A DNA stretch of 64,000 nucleotides, taken from Candidatus Competibacteraceae bacterium (GTDB lineage: Bacteria > Pseudomonadota > Gammaproteobacteria > Competibacterales > Competibacteraceae). The position numbers and the translations under genes were made by a program. Shown one piece after another: positions 21,344 through 31,780 of this stretch. The number at the start of each line of letters is the position of its first letter. The stretch's first letter is position 1. The stretch spans positions 60,022-124,021 of the forward strand of contig JAXMFY010000008.1 of assembly GCA_046347555.1 (NCBI GenBank), given 5' to 3'. The notes under the pieces were generated by a model. It had not been told where the DNA came from. It saw only the letters and a list, made by a program, of their open reading frames with translations, and did no database searches.

Positions 21344-22165
21344 ATGTCGACAAACCATGCTTGCGATCCCGTTCTGAAAGACCAGCGCGCCCTGGTGACC
21401 GGCGCCAGTTCCGGTATTGGCGCGGCCATCGCCAAGGCGTTGGCGGCGGCTGGCGCGAAAGTCGTCGTCAACTACGCCGGTGGCGCGGACCGGGCGCACG
21501 CCGTGGTCGAACACATCCGGGCGGCTGGCGGCGAAGCAATGGCGATTCGCGCCGACGTGAGCCGGGAAGACGAGGTCGAAGCCATGTTTGCCCAGATGAT
21601 CGAGACCTGGGGCAGCATCGATATCCTGGTCAACAACGCTGGCCTGCAAAAGGATGCCCCCCTGGTCGAAATGAGCCTGGCCGACTGGCAAAAGGTTCTC
21701 GACATCAATCTGACCGGTCAATTCCTGTGCTCCCGCGCCGCCGTGCGTGAATTCCTGCGGCGCGGCGTCGTGCCGGAACTGTCGCGCGTCGCCGGCAAGA
21801 TCATCTGCATGTCCTCGGTCCACGATGTCATTCCTTGGGCCGGACACGCCAACTACGCCGCGTCCAAGGGCGGCGTCAGCCTGTTGATGAAGACCATGGC
21901 CCAGGAACTCGCGCCACGCTGCATCCGAGTCAACGCCATCTCGCCCGGCGCGATCAAGACCCCGATCAATACCGCCGCCTGGATGACGCCCGAAGCCGAG
22001 GCGGAACTGCTGAAGCTGATTCCCTGTCGTCGGGTCGGGGAGCCGGAGGACATCGCCCGCGCCACCGTGTGGCTGGCCTCCGATGCGTCCGATTACGTCA
22101 CCGGCGCCACTTTGTATGTGGACGGCGGCATGACCCTGTATCCGGGTTTCGATCAGGGGGGCTGA
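21344..22165 (+). CDS. SDR-family oxidoreductase (glucose-1-dehydrogenase-like)
   Basis: TGASSGIG Rossmann motif, NNAG, and catalytic S...YxxxK (YAASK). Confidence 0.8.
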   Translation: MSTNHACDPVLKDQRALVTGASSGIGAAIAKALAAAGAKVVVNYAGGADRAHAVVEHIRAAGGEAMAIRADVSREDEVEAMFAQMIETWGSIDILVNNAGLQKDAPLVEMSLADWQKVLDINLTGQFLCSRAAVREFLRRGVVPELSRVAGKIICMSSVHDVIPWAGHANYAASKGGVSLLMKTMAQELAPRCIRVNAISPGAIKTPINTAAWMTPEAEAELLKLIPCRRVGEPEDIARATVWLASDASDYVTGATLYVDGGMTLYPGFDQGG

Positions 22166-22166
22166 T

Positions 22167-23214
22167 ATGAAGCGGATCGTAGCGCGCCATGCCATTGCCC
22201 TGCGGGTGGTGGTGTTGGGCCTGTGTCTGGTCCAACAAACCGGGCTTGGGCCGCTGGCGAGCCGGAACGCCGACCCGTTCGGATTCTCGCGCTGACCGCA
22301 CCGGCTTGCCCACCGACGTACAGCCCTGGTGGCCAAGCCGCTATGGCGCGGACGATCAGCTCGGTACTTCAACGAAATTACGCCTGAAGTGGCGCGAGCA
22401 GCGGCCGCTCTGGTGAAAACCGGAACCGTCGTCGATCTGGGTCGGGTGCTGGATGACGACACGCCCAAGTTTCCCGGCCGCTACTGGCACCAGACCGTCG
22501 ATGTTTCGCCTCATTTCACCAACCTGCGCCGCCCGGATGTCGATGGCAAGGGCTGGGGCAAGAACCAGATCAACTGGATTACCGAGATTCAGGTGGGTAC
22601 CTTCCAGGTCGGCACCCAACTGGATTCCATCGGCCACATCCAGATCGGCGACCGGTTCTACAACGGCTGGACCACGCGCGACGTGGTGGAGTCGTGGGGC
22701 CTGAATCGCTTCGGCACCGAAACCGTGCCGCCCATCGTCACCCGGGGCGTGCTGATCGACATCGCCGCTTACAAGGGCGTGGAGCGCCTGGCCAAGGGTT
22801 ATGTGATCACCCTGGCCGACGTGCAAGGCGCGTTGAAAAAGCAGGGCGTTAGCCTGCAGGCCCGGCGATGCGGTGCTGTTTCACACCGGTTGGGGCGGGC
22901 TGGGGCAAGGACAACGCCGAATTTCTTCCGGCGAGCCCGGTCCCGGCCTGGAGGTCGTGAACTGGCTGTACGCGCAACGCATCGCGCTGACCGGCGCCGA
23001 CACCTGGAGCTACGGACCGGTGCCCGGCGAAGACCCGGAACGTCCCTTCCTGGTGCCACAGACCATGTACGTGAAGATGGGATTGTTTGGCCTGGAGAAT
23101 CTGGCGACCGAAGAGCTGGCGCGGCGCGGCGTCCACGAATTCCTGTTCACCCTCACCCATGCCAAGACCCGCGGCTCGACGGCGGCGGTCATCGCCCCGG
23201 CGGCGGTTTATTGA
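22167..23214 (+). pseudogene. Cyclase-family (kynurenine-formamidase-like, PF04199) gene disrupted by two or more frameshifts
   Basis: Homologous segments sit in different frames: signal-peptide-like MKRIVARHAIALRVVVLGL... ending at a TGA; then WWPSRYGADDQLGT; then FNEITPEV...KKQGVSLQ; then PGDAVLFHTGWGG...GADTWSYGP. Apparent 1-nt indels near 22368 (T-run) and 22857 (extra G). Confidence 0.5.
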
Positions 23215-23229
23215 GAAGGAAACACCACC

Positions 23230-24672
23230 ATGAACGAACGCTATGACGCCCTCATCGTCGGTTCCGGCGCGGGCGGATCGGCGGCGGCTTACGCTTTGGC
23301 GCGGGCTGGTCGCCGGGTGCTGCTGCTGGAAAAGGGGCGGGAACTCCCGCGCGACGGCAGCACAATGGACGTGGACAAGGTGATCCGGCAAGGGATTTTC
23401 AAGAGCAAGGAGCACTGGCTCGACAAGAACGGCCGAACCTTCGAGCCGGAGGAATATTTCAATCTGGGCGGCAAGACCAAGTGGTACGGGGCGGCCCTGG
23501 CCCGATTTGAACCGCACGAGTTCGAGGCCGAACCGGCGCATCAATGCTTGCCTTGGCCGATGTCGTATCGGGAATTGCTGCCTTACTACGAGCAAGCGGA
23601 AACTTTGCTGAGCGTCCATCAATTCGAGCCGGAGCCAGATCTGCAAGCCATTGTTGGCAAGTTGACCCGCAACGGCGCCGGCTGGAACGCCCGACCCCTG
23701 ACGCTGGCGCTGGATTCCAGCATCGTCGAACATCCCGAGGAAGCCGCGCACTTCGACGCCTTCGCCTCGGTCAAGAACCTGAAAGCTGACGGCCAGCACG
23801 CTTTGTTGGAGCGGGTTCAACATCGGCCCAACCTCACCATCCTGACCGGGCAGGCGGTACGCGATTTCGTCGCCGACCCCGAGCGGCCTGAGCGGTTACT
23901 CGGCGTTCGCACCGAGAGTGGCGACGAATTCGAGGCCAATACGGTGTTGCTGGCGGCGGGAGCGTTGCACTCGCCGCGTTTGTTGCAAGGCTATCTGAGC
24001 CGCAGCGGTCTGGCCGAGAAGCTGCCGTGCGCTGACGCGGTGGGACGCAATTACAAATGCCACCTGCTCAGCGCCGTGTTGGCCTTTTCCGCTACCCCCA
24101 AGACCGACCTGCTGCGGAAGACTCTGTTGCTGTTGAACGACCGGTTGCCGCACAGCAGTATTCAGCCCCTGGGTTTCGATGGTGAACTGCTCAGCACCCT
24201 GATTCCGGGGTTCGTGCCACGCGGGTTCGCCCGTGCCCTCGGCCATCGCGCCTACGGTTTCTTCTTGCAGACCGAGGACGGTTCCGATCCCGCCAACCGC
24301 GTCGTCGCCCAGACCAACGGCGCCCGCTATCCCCAGCTCGACTACGATCCCGCGCGCTTGCCAGCGGCCCGTGAGGAGCATCGGCGGCTGGTGCGCGACT
24401 TCAATCGCTCGCTGTGGAAAATCGGTCTGCCGGCGGCGGCCAAGGGGATTCCGCTGGCCGGTACCGCGCACGCCTGCGGCACGCTGGTCGCGGGCAGCGA
24501 TCCCCGCACCTCGGTGGTGGACGCCGATGGCAAGGTACACGGCCTAGACAACTTGTACGTGGTGGACGGCAGCGTGCTGCCGCGTTCCAGCCGGGTCAAT
24601 CCGTCGCTGACCATCTACGCCTGGGCGTTGCGGGTGGCGGAGCGGTTGCAACAAGGAGAGCGGCCGGCATGA
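23230..24672 (+). CDS. GMC-family FAD-dependent oxidoreductase
   Basis: N-terminal DALIVGSGAGGSAAAYALA FAD motif. C-terminal GTAHACGT...NLYVVDGSVLP GMC signature. Confidence 0.75.
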   Translation: MNERYDALIVGSGAGGSAAAYALARAGRRVLLLEKGRELPRDGSTMDVDKVIRQGIFKSKEHWLDKNGRTFEPEEYFNLGGKTKWYGAALARFEPHEFEAEPAHQCLPWPMSYRELLPYYEQAETLLSVHQFEPEPDLQAIVGKLTRNGAGWNARPLTLALDSSIVEHPEEAAHFDAFASVKNLKADGQHALLERVQHRPNLTILTGQAVRDFVADPERPERLLGVRTESGDEFEANTVLLAAGALHSPRLLQGYLSRSGLAEKLPCADAVGRNYKCHLLSAVLAFSATPKTDLLRKTLLLLNDRLPHSSIQPLGFDGELLSTLIPGFVPRGFARALGHRAYGFFLQTEDGSDPANRVVAQTNGARYPQLDYDPARLPAAREEHRRLVRDFNRSLWKIGLPAAAKGIPLAGTAHACGTLVAGSDPRTSVVDADGKVHGLDNLYVVDGSVLPRSSRVNPSLTIYAWALRVAERLQQGERPA

Positions 24673-26762
24673 GCGACAAACTGCCGAGCTTTATCCGTTT
24701 TGGGCGGGCGATCTGCAGCGATCTCGACCAAGCCGAGCGGCGCGAGTGGTGGCTGGGCAACGGCTTGGGCGCCTACGCCGCCGGCACGATTGCGGGAACG
24801 CTGACCCGCCGCTATCACGGCTTGTTGATCGCGCCGGTCGATCCGCCGCTCGGCCGCTGGCTGGTGTTTTCCAAAGCCGACGCCACGTTGCTCGACGGCG
24901 ACCGGGAAATCCCGCTGTTCGCCAACCGCTGGGGCGGGGGCGTGGTGGTTCCCGAAGGGCACGTCCATCTTGAATCCTTTCACCTGCACGGCCGGATGCC
25001 GGTCTGGCGCTATGCCCTAGGCGACCGGGTGGTTGAGCAACGCATCTGGCTGGAGCCGGGGGCCAATACGGTTTATATCGCGTACCGGCTGGAAATCCCC
25101 CCTAACCCCCCTTTGCAAAAGGGGGGTGGCAAAGCCGGGGGGATTTTCGCACTGCGGGTCCGTTTGCTGGTCAACGCCCGCGACCATCACGTCAGCATGG
25201 CGCCCGGTGGATTCAGGCCGCAAGTGGAAATGGCGGGCGAGCAACTCCAGGTCACCAGTCCCGACCGGTTCACGCTCCGCTTTCAAGCGGCTGGCGGCGC
25301 GTTGCAAACCGAGTGGGACTGGATCGAGAATTTCGATTTGCCGGTGGAACGGGAACGCGGCCTGCCGGATCGGGATGCCCATCTCAGCGTCGGTTACGCG
25401 CTGTTGACGCTGCGTCCCGGCTGCTGGGTCGGAATTGCCGCCAGCCTGGGCGACGACGCTTCCGCCGACCTGGACGCGGCGCTGCAACGGTTTTTCGACC
25501 GAGAACAGGCATTGCTCGACCGCGCCCGGCCATCCCTTCAAATCCCCCCCAACCCCCCTTTGCCAAAGGGGGGTGGCGAAGCCGGGGGGATTTCGCCGCC
25601 CGACTGGATCGAACAACTGGCGCTCGCCGCCGACAGCTTCTTGTTCGCCCGACCACTGCCCAGTTTACCCGACGGCGAATCGGTGATCGCCGGCTATCCC
25701 TGGTTCGGCGACTGGGGCCGCGACACCATGATCGCTCTGCCGGGCCTGACGCTGGCGACAGGCCGGCTCGACAGCGCACGCCGTATCCTGCTGACTTTCG
25801 CCCGCTTCGTGGACCAAGGTATGCTGCCCAACGTGTTTCCCGGCGCGGGCGAGACGCCGGACTACAACACGGTGGACGCCGGGCTGTGGTACTTCGAGGC
25901 GTGGCGGGCCTATCTGGAAGCCAGCGACGATTGGTCGGCGCTGGCCGAGGTGTTTCCGGTGCTGGCCGACATGATCGACTGGCACGTCCGGGGCACGCGC
26001 TATCGGATCGGCATGGATGCGACTGACGGATTGATTCATGCCGGCGAGCCGGGCGTCCAACTCACCTGGATGGACGCCAAGGTGGGCGACTGGGTAGTGA
26101 CGCCGCGCATCGGCAAGCCGGTCGAGATTAACGCGCTCTGGTACAACGCCCTGATGATTATGGCCGATTTCGCCGAGCGGTTGGGGCAACCATCCGCGAC
26201 CTACGCGGAACTTGCGGCCAAGGCGCGGCAAGGCTTCCGGCGTTTTGTTCGTTCCGATGGCGCCGGCCTGTTCGACGTGCTGGATAGCCCCACCGGCGAC
26301 GATCCCACCCCGCGTCCCAACCAGATTTTCGCCGTCAGCCTGCCGCACAGTCCGCTGGATGCGGAAATCCAGCAGATCGTGGTACGAGTTTGCGGGCGGG
26401 AGTTGTTGACCTCCTACGGTCTTCGTTCCCTGGCGCCCGGTCATCCCGATTACCGCCCCCGTTACCTCGGCGGCGTGTGGGAACGCGACGGCGGCTATCA
26501 CCAGGGTCCGGTCTGGGCCTGGCTGCTGGGCCACTACGCCCTGGCCGAGTATCGCGTGCATGGCGACGCGGCGGCGGCCCAGGCCCGGTTGCAACCCGTC
26601 CGTGATCACCTGCTGGACGCTGGCTTGGGCACGGTCAGCGAAATTCTCGACGGCGCTCCACCGCACGTCCCGCGCGGCGCGCCCGCCCAGGCATGGTCGG
26701 TGGCTTGCGTCCTGGAGGCGTGGCAGCGACTGGAACGGCTGAAGCGGCTGAAACGGCAGTAA
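24670..26762 (+). CDS. Glycogen debranching enzyme-like (GH133 amylo-alpha-1,6-glucosidase, GDE_N+GDE_C). Carries two in-frame repeat-element insertions.
   Basis: Start ATG overlaps the GMC stop (ATGA). C-terminal GDE_C motifs (GYPWFGDWGRDTMIALPGL...NALWYNAL...). The listed 782-aa ORF's N-terminal 85 aa is out-of-frame read-through. Confidence 0.75.
25093..25147. repeat. Palindromic C6/G6 repeat element inserted in-frame within the GH133 CDS (copy 1). Translated as PPNPPLQKGGGKAGGI.
   Basis: AAATCCCCCC-TAA-CCCCCC-TTTGCAAAA-GGGGGG-TGGCAAAGCC-GGGGGG-ATTT: nested inverted repeats. A near-identical second copy lies 447 bp downstream. Confidence 0.55.
25540..25593. repeat. Palindromic C6/G6 repeat element inserted in-frame within the GH133 CDS (copy 2). 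Translated as PPNPPLPKGGGEAGGI.
   Basis: AATCCCCCCC-AA-CCCCCC-TTTGCCAAA-GGGGGG-TGGCGAAGCC-GGGGGG-ATTT. Confidence 0.55.
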
Positions 26763-26941
26763 CTTTTTCCTTGGAGATTGGAAAATTCCGCCTAGGCCAT
26801 CTTCGGCAGATAGCCGAATTTGCGCGGGGTTGCCTGATCCAGCGCGGTGCGTGACGTTGCACCGCGAGGGCTTCGTAATCGACCGTGGAATCCTGGTAAG
26901 GCACCTGGCGCGACAGCAACACGAACACTGTCTTGAGGACT

Positions 26942-28354
26942 TTATGGCTGATGGCGACGATCGCCCGCTGGGTCCTCCGACGACCGACCAAGCTCTGAAA
27001 GTGGCTCTTGAATCGACGGGTGGTTTGAACCGCGACCCAAGCAATGTGGGTCGGCCTCGACCGGGGTCGCGGTGGTTTCGGTCGCCACGGACTGCACCGG
27101 GGCGGGTTCCACCGTCGTGGGTTCTTCCGCCGTCGTGGGTTCTTCCACCGCCGCAACGCCGGTCCAGTGGGACCCCAGCATCGCCTTGGCTTCGCCCAGA
27201 TGCCAGGCGACATTGTCCAGATCGGCGTGGGATTTGTGAACCCAAGCCTCGCCCCAGTAAAAGTTGCAACTGGTTTCGGCCCGCAGCAGGTGCCAGTGGG
27301 CCTCGTTCAACACCCGCACCAATTCCGGATTGGGATCGTGGGCGCGCGCCACCGCTTGCGCCACCGCGTGAAATTCCCGGCTGATGTCGTGCACTCGAAC
27401 CATGGTGTCGCGCTGGACCCAGGAACCTTGCCACTGGTGGAAATCCCAACCGTGATGCTCATCGGTGTTCCAGGCCCCGCGCCGCACCGTGACCCGGCCG
27501 TGCGCGCCAAACCGATCCAGATAATCGCTGATGAAGATCGGCCGCAGGGTCGAATGCCCGGCGCGGATTTCCTCCATCGCCTCGTGATAGAAGTAGGTCC
27601 AGAAATTGGACTTCGCGGCGACGTTGCGGAACCAGCCGCCGTTGTCGCCGTCGGTGGCGGTGGTCACCAGCGGAGGAAAATCACACCATTTGGTGCGTTC
27701 GTGCAGTTCGTGGTAGAACCAGCCATAGTCCATGCCGGCCAGTTGGGCGTCGGACAGTTCGCGGTCGCGGACGATGATGACGATCTCCTCGCCGCCGTAC
27801 TCGGCGATATGCGGCCGGTAGCGTAGCTCCTGCCAGTGCATCGAATCCACCGGATCCACGTACTCGCAGTCCACCATCACATAGCGGTAGCCGGCCTTTT
27901 TCAGGTGCGGGATCATCCGCATGTCGAAACCCATTTCCGGCGGCCAGAAGCCATTGAACTGGTTTCGCCACAGCAGATGGCGGGCGGTGGCCTGCCAGCG
28001 GGCGATGTGCTCGTCCCAGTCGGCTTCGGGGATCAGCGCCAGCACCGGATGGTAGTAGCCGGTGCCGAGAATTTCGAACAACTGTCGATTTTGCAGATGC
28101 CAGAGCAGCTTGCCGCAGTCGACGATGCCGTAGGCGCGTTCCTGGAAACTGGGGTTGGACAATGTTTCCAGCAACGTCCCAGACAAGGATAGGTGCACGC
28201 GAGCGATATCCTGATAGTCCCACAACGCGCGCGGCATGCGGTCGTAGGCGAACAGGATTTCCTTGGCTTCCCACTCGTTGGTTTCAAGCAGGTGATCCAG
28301 GTTGCTGGGAGGCTGGTGCATGTTCAGCACCAGCGCATGGTGAATCTCTCGCAT
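26942..28354 (-). CDS. Glycoside hydrolase family 57 protein (alpha-glucan processing/branching-type)
   Basis: N-terminal HALVLNMHQP and GH57 catalytic region. C-terminus is low-complexity EEPTTAEEPTT from a 15-bp direct repeat. Confidence 0.75.
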   Translation of the reverse strand: MREIHHALVLNMHQPPSNLDHLLETNEWEAKEILFAYDRMPRALWDYQDIARVHLSLSGTLLETLSNPSFQERAYGIVDCGKLLWHLQNRQLFEILGTGYYHPVLALIPEADWDEHIARWQATARHLLWRNQFNGFWPPEMGFDMRMIPHLKKAGYRYVMVDCEYVDPVDSMHWQELRYRPHIAEYGGEEIVIIVRDRELSDAQLAGMDYGWFYHELHERTKWCDFPPLVTTATDGDNGGWFRNVAAKSNFWTYFYHEAMEEIRAGHSTLRPIFISDYLDRFGAHGRVTVRRGAWNTDEHHGWDFHQWQGSWVQRDTMVRVHDISREFHAVAQAVARAHDPNPELVRVLNEAHWHLLRAETSCNFYWGEAWVHKSHADLDNVAWHLGEAKAMLGSHWTGVAAVEEPTTAEEPTTVEPAPVQSVATETTATPVEADPHCLGRGSNHPSIQEPLSELGRSSEDPAGDRRHQP

Positions 28355-28434
28355 CGCGCGTCTCCTCGGTTATCGTTTATGGGCGATGACGCAAACCCTA
28401 GCGAAAGGGGGCCGGTGGTGGGTCGGGGGGAGGT

Positions 28435-29493
28435 TCACAGTCGTCGGATAATCTCGTCCGCCATCTGCTTGGTGGTCAGCTTCCCGCCCAGATCGGCGGT
28501 GCGCGCCCCGGCGGTGATGGTCGCATCCACCGCCTGCTCGACGGCGGCGGCTTCCGCCTCCAGTCCCAGCGAGTGGCGCAGCAGCAGGGCGGTGGACAGA
28601 ATCATGCCGATCGGGTTGGCGATGCCCTTGCCGGCGATATCGGGGGCCGAGCCGTGAATCGGTTCGTACAGCCCGACCCGGCCCTCTCCCAGACTGGCCG
28701 AGGGCAGCATCCCCATCGAGCCCGCCAATACCGAAGCTTCGTCGGTCAGAATGTCGCCGAACATGTTCTCGGTGACGACGACATCCATCCAGGCCGGCCC
28801 CGTGATCAGCCGCATGGCGGCGGTATCAACGAGAACATGCTCCAACTCCACGTCCGGGTTCGACTTGCCGACCTGCACGGCGATCTGCCGCCACAGTCGC
28901 GAAGATTCGAGCACGTTGGCCTTGTCCACCGACGTGACCTTGCTTTTGCGGCCCTTGGCCAGCCTGAACGCCAGCTCCATCACGCGGCGGATTTCGTAAT
29001 CGTAATATTCCAGGGTATCGACGGCGCGCTCGCGGCCATCCTTGCTGTCGCGCCCCTTCGGCCAACCGAAGTACAGGCCGCCGGTCAACTCGCGGATGAC
29101 GAGGATATCCACGCCCTGGAGCTTTTCCGGCTTGAGCGGCGAGGAGTCGATCAGCGCCGGATGCACCTTGACCGGGCGCAGGTTGGCGAACACGCCCAAG
29201 CCCTTGCGCAAGGCCAGCAAGCCGCGTTCGGGACGGTCCTTGGCGTTCGGGTCGTCCCACTTTGGTCCGCCCACCGCGCCCAGGAGCACCGCGTCCGCCA
29301 CCTGGCAATCGGCCAGGGTTTCATCGGTCAGCGACGAACCGAAGCGGTCGATGGAGCAGCCGCCCATCAGGTGTTCCTGATAGACCCATTGGTGATCGTA
29401 TTGCCCGGCCACTGCGTCCAATACGCGGACGGCCTCGCCGACCACTTCCGGGCCGATCCCGTCACCGGGGAGTAAGACGATAGTTGCTTTCAT
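28435..29493 (-). CDS. leuB: 3-isopropylmalate dehydrogenase
   Basis: [17 protein letters not shown]...NLRP...[14 protein letters not shown]. Start trimmed to the internal Met. Confidence 0.85.
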   Translation of the reverse strand: MKATIVLLPGDGIGPEVVGEAVRVLDAVAGQYDHQWVYQEHLMGGCSIDRFGSSLTDETLADCQVADAVLLGAVGGPKWDDPNAKDRPERGLLALRKGLGVFANLRPVKVHPALIDSSPLKPEKLQGVDILVIRELTGGLYFGWPKGRDSKDGRERAVDTLEYYDYEIRRVMELAFRLAKGRKSKVTSVDKANVLESSRLWRQIAVQVGKSNPDVELEHVLVDTAAMRLITGPAWMDVVVTENMFGDILTDEASVLAGSMGMLPSASLGEGRVGLYEPIHGSAPDIAGKGIANPIGMILSTALLLRHSLGLEAEAAAVEQAVDATITAGARTADLGGKLTTKQMADEIIRRL

Positions 29494-29616
29494 GACGATT
29501 CCGTGAAGAATCCTCTGTTTTTCAGGCACTTTGCCATGAAAGAGCAGAGGGAGGCTTTAAGGAAGGCGATTCCACTCAGGATCCAGAAGCGCTTTATGTC
29601 TAACGTACTCATTCAG

Positions 29617-29720
29617 TCCCCTCTCCCCCTGCCAAGGGGGAGAGGGTTAGGGTGAGGGGGTAAGCCCTTGCATCCACGACCCTCATCCCCAACCCCTCTC
29701 CCGCCTGCGGGGGAGGGGAG
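29617..29720. repeat. Composite intergenic inverted-repeat element: two inverted ~40-bp modules (C5-loop-G5 hairpin plus GGTTAGGGTGAGGG) flanking a ~20-bp spacer
   Basis: CTCTCCCCCTGCCAAGGGGGAGAGGGTTAGGGTGAGGGGG ... CCCTCATCCCCAACCCCTCTCCCGCCTGCGGGGGAGGGGAG. Same architecture at 51011-51133 and 53194-53287. Confidence 0.55.
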
Positions 29721-29734
29721 TGAACGGTTACTGT

Positions 29735-30154
29735 CTAACGACGATTGGAACAGGTCCCACGTCCCCACTGACCGTCAAAATTCACTGAAACCTGTCCGCC
29801 AGGTGGGGGCTGAAAGAATCTCGACAAATTGATCAACGTGACATTCGCCATGCCGCTGACATTGCCGCGATAAATCCGCTGACCCTTATCGTTCTTGCGG
29901 TCAAAGCGCAAACGAGAGGATTGGGAGATACCCGCGCCGGTCCGGGCGTTGCGAAATTCCACTTTCCGTTCGAAGCCCGTATTGGGACTCCAGGGCACGG
30001 AAAACGCGATGTCGTCGGCATGAGCGCGATTAATGGTTCCTCGGCACACGATATCCGCCGCCAAGACTTTGGAAGGAACCGTCATCGCCAAGGCGCCAAG
30101 CCCAACGAGCGCGGGGCCAGCGGCAATCAACCTGAGAACATGGATCCACTGCAT
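29735..30154 (-). CDS. Hypothetical secreted protein (139 aa, signal peptide)
   Basis: ORF with a hydrophobic N-terminal signal sequence. Confidence 0.4.
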   Translation of the reverse strand: MQWIHVLRLIAAGPALVGLGALAMTVPSKVLAADIVCRGTINRAHADDIAFSVPWSPNTGFERKVEFRNARTGAGISQSSRLRFDRKNDKGQRIYRGNVSGMANVTLINLSRFFQPPPGGQVSVNFDGQWGRGTCSNRR

Positions 30155-30216
30155 TTGAACACCTGCCGGAATAAAAAGATTAAGAAATAGAATGGGCTAC
30201 ACCAAAGTAGACCCGC

Positions 30217-31776
30217 TCAATGCGCCACCGACAGCCCGTATTCCACTGCGTCCACCAGCGCCTGCCAGGAGGCTTCGATGATGTTGGCGCTGGCGCCGAC
30301 CGTACTCCACAGCCGGGTGGTGTTGCGGGTGTCGATCAATACGCGGGTGATCGCTTCGGTGCCATCCTTGCCATCCAGAATCCGGACCTTGTAATCCGCC
30401 AGATGGAAGGTGGCGATTTCCGGGTAGTGCCCTAGCAGCGCCTTGCGCAGGGCGATGTCGAGGGCATTCACCGGACCATTGCCCTCGGCGGCGGTGTGCA
30501 GCACCTCGTCGCCCACCTTCACCTTGACCATGGCCTCGGCGAAGATGCCCCGGCCCTGGCGATGCTCGACGTTGACCAAAAAATCGACCAGCTCGAACGG
30601 TGGTTTGTAACCGGGCTGCTGGCGCTTGAGCATCATGGCGACCGAGGCTTCGGCGGCCTCGAAGGAAAAGCCTCGCGCCTCCAGTTCCTTCACGTCGTTG
30701 AGCACGCCCACCACGTCCGCCACGTCGCCGACTTCGACGCCGTGCTCCTCGGCCTTGCTGAGGATGTTGGCCCGGCCCGACAGCGCGGAGACCACCACCC
30801 GCATCTTGTTGCCCACCCGCTCCGGCGCGACGTGCTGATACGACTGCTCCGAGCGGCGCATGGCCGCCACGTGCACGCCGCCCTTGTGGGCGAACGCGCT
30901 CTTGCCGACGTAAGGCAGGTGATCGTTAGGGGTGACGTTGGCGACTTCATCGACTACGTGGGACAACTCGTACAGTTTGTGCAAGCGGCCTTCCGGCAGG
31001 CACTGGCGCCCCATCTTCAATTCCAGATTGGCCATGATCGAGCACAGGTTGGCGTTGCCGCAGCGCTCGCCCACACCGTTGATGGTGCCCTGCACTTGCA
31101 CGGCGCCCTCGCGCACGGCCAGCAGCGCGTTGATGACCGCGCACTCGCCATCGTTGTGGGTGTGGATACCGAACGGGTGCTGGATGGACTCCTTCATCTC
31201 GCGGATGATTTTCTCCAGTTCCCAGGGCATGGTGCCGCCGTTGGTGTCGCACAACGCGACCGTCTCGGCCCCGCCGCGAATGGCGGCCCTGAGCGTTTCC
31301 AGCGCGTACAGCGGATCCGCCTTGTAGCCGTCGAAAAAGTGCTCGGCGTCGTAAATCACGCGGCGGCCGGCGGCGCGCAGGTAGCCTACTGACTGCTCGA
31401 TGACGCGCAGGTTGTCGTCCAGGGTGGTTTGCAGCACGTCGGTGACGTGCAGGGTCCAGGTCTTGCCGAAAATGGTGCAGACCGGCGCCCCTGAGTCCAA
31501 CAGCGCCTGGATGTTGGCGTCGTCCTCCGGCCCGCCCTTGACCCGGCAGGTGGAGCCAAACGCGGCAACCAGCGCGGTTTGCCACTCCAGGTCGCGGGCG
31601 CGCTCGAAAAACTCGGCGTCCTTCGGGTTGGAGCCCGGCCAGCCACCCTCGATGAAGGCCACGCCCAGATCGTCCAATCGCTTGGCCACGCGGATCTTGT
31701 CGTAACCCGAGAGGGTGAAACCTTCGCTCTGCGTTCCGTCGCGCAAGGTGGTGTCGTAAATCTGAATGAATGACAT
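30217..31776 (-). CDS. cimA: (R)-citramalate synthase, CimA type (LeuA-like; GGWPGSNPKD signature)
   Basis: MSFIQIYDTTLRDGTQSEG...IEGGWPGSNPKD...HTHNDGECAV aligns along its length with Geobacter-type CimA. ~520 aa including a C-terminal LeuA-dimer regulatory domain. Confidence 0.75.
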   Translation of the reverse strand: MSFIQIYDTTLRDGTQSEGFTLSGYDKIRVAKRLDDLGVAFIEGGWPGSNPKDAEFFERARDLEWQTALVAAFGSTCRVKGGPEDDANIQALLDSGAPVCTIFGKTWTLHVTDVLQTTLDDNLRVIEQSVGYLRAAGRRVIYDAEHFFDGYKADPLYALETLRAAIRGGAETVALCDTNGGTMPWELEKIIREMKESIQHPFGIHTHNDGECAVINALLAVREGAVQVQGTINGVGERCGNANLCSIMANLELKMGRQCLPEGRLHKLYELSHVVDEVANVTPNDHLPYVGKSAFAHKGGVHVAAMRRSEQSYQHVAPERVGNKMRVVVSALSGRANILSKAEEHGVEVGDVADVVGVLNDVKELEARGFSFEAAEASVAMMLKRQQPGYKPPFELVDFLVNVEHRQGRGIFAEAMVKVKVGDEVLHTAAEGNGPVNALDIALRKALLGHYPEIATFHLADYKVRILDGKDGTEAITRVLIDTRNTTRLWSTVGASANIIEASWQALVDAVEYGLSVAH

Positions 31777-31780
31777 CGTC

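Noticed and set aside
22189-22416. ORF 22189..22416 (MPLPCGWWCW...) as an independent small gene
   Set aside because: Its C-terminal half is the WWPSRYGADDQLGT segment of the frameshifted cyclase, and its N-terminal half is off-frame junk. Treated as part of the pseudogene.
26763-26941. GCGGTGC-gtgacgt-TGCACCGC hairpin between the convergent GH133 and GH57 genes as a bidirectional terminator
   Set aside because: Stable stem, but no U-tract on either side. Possibly a Rho-dependent or structural element, not called.
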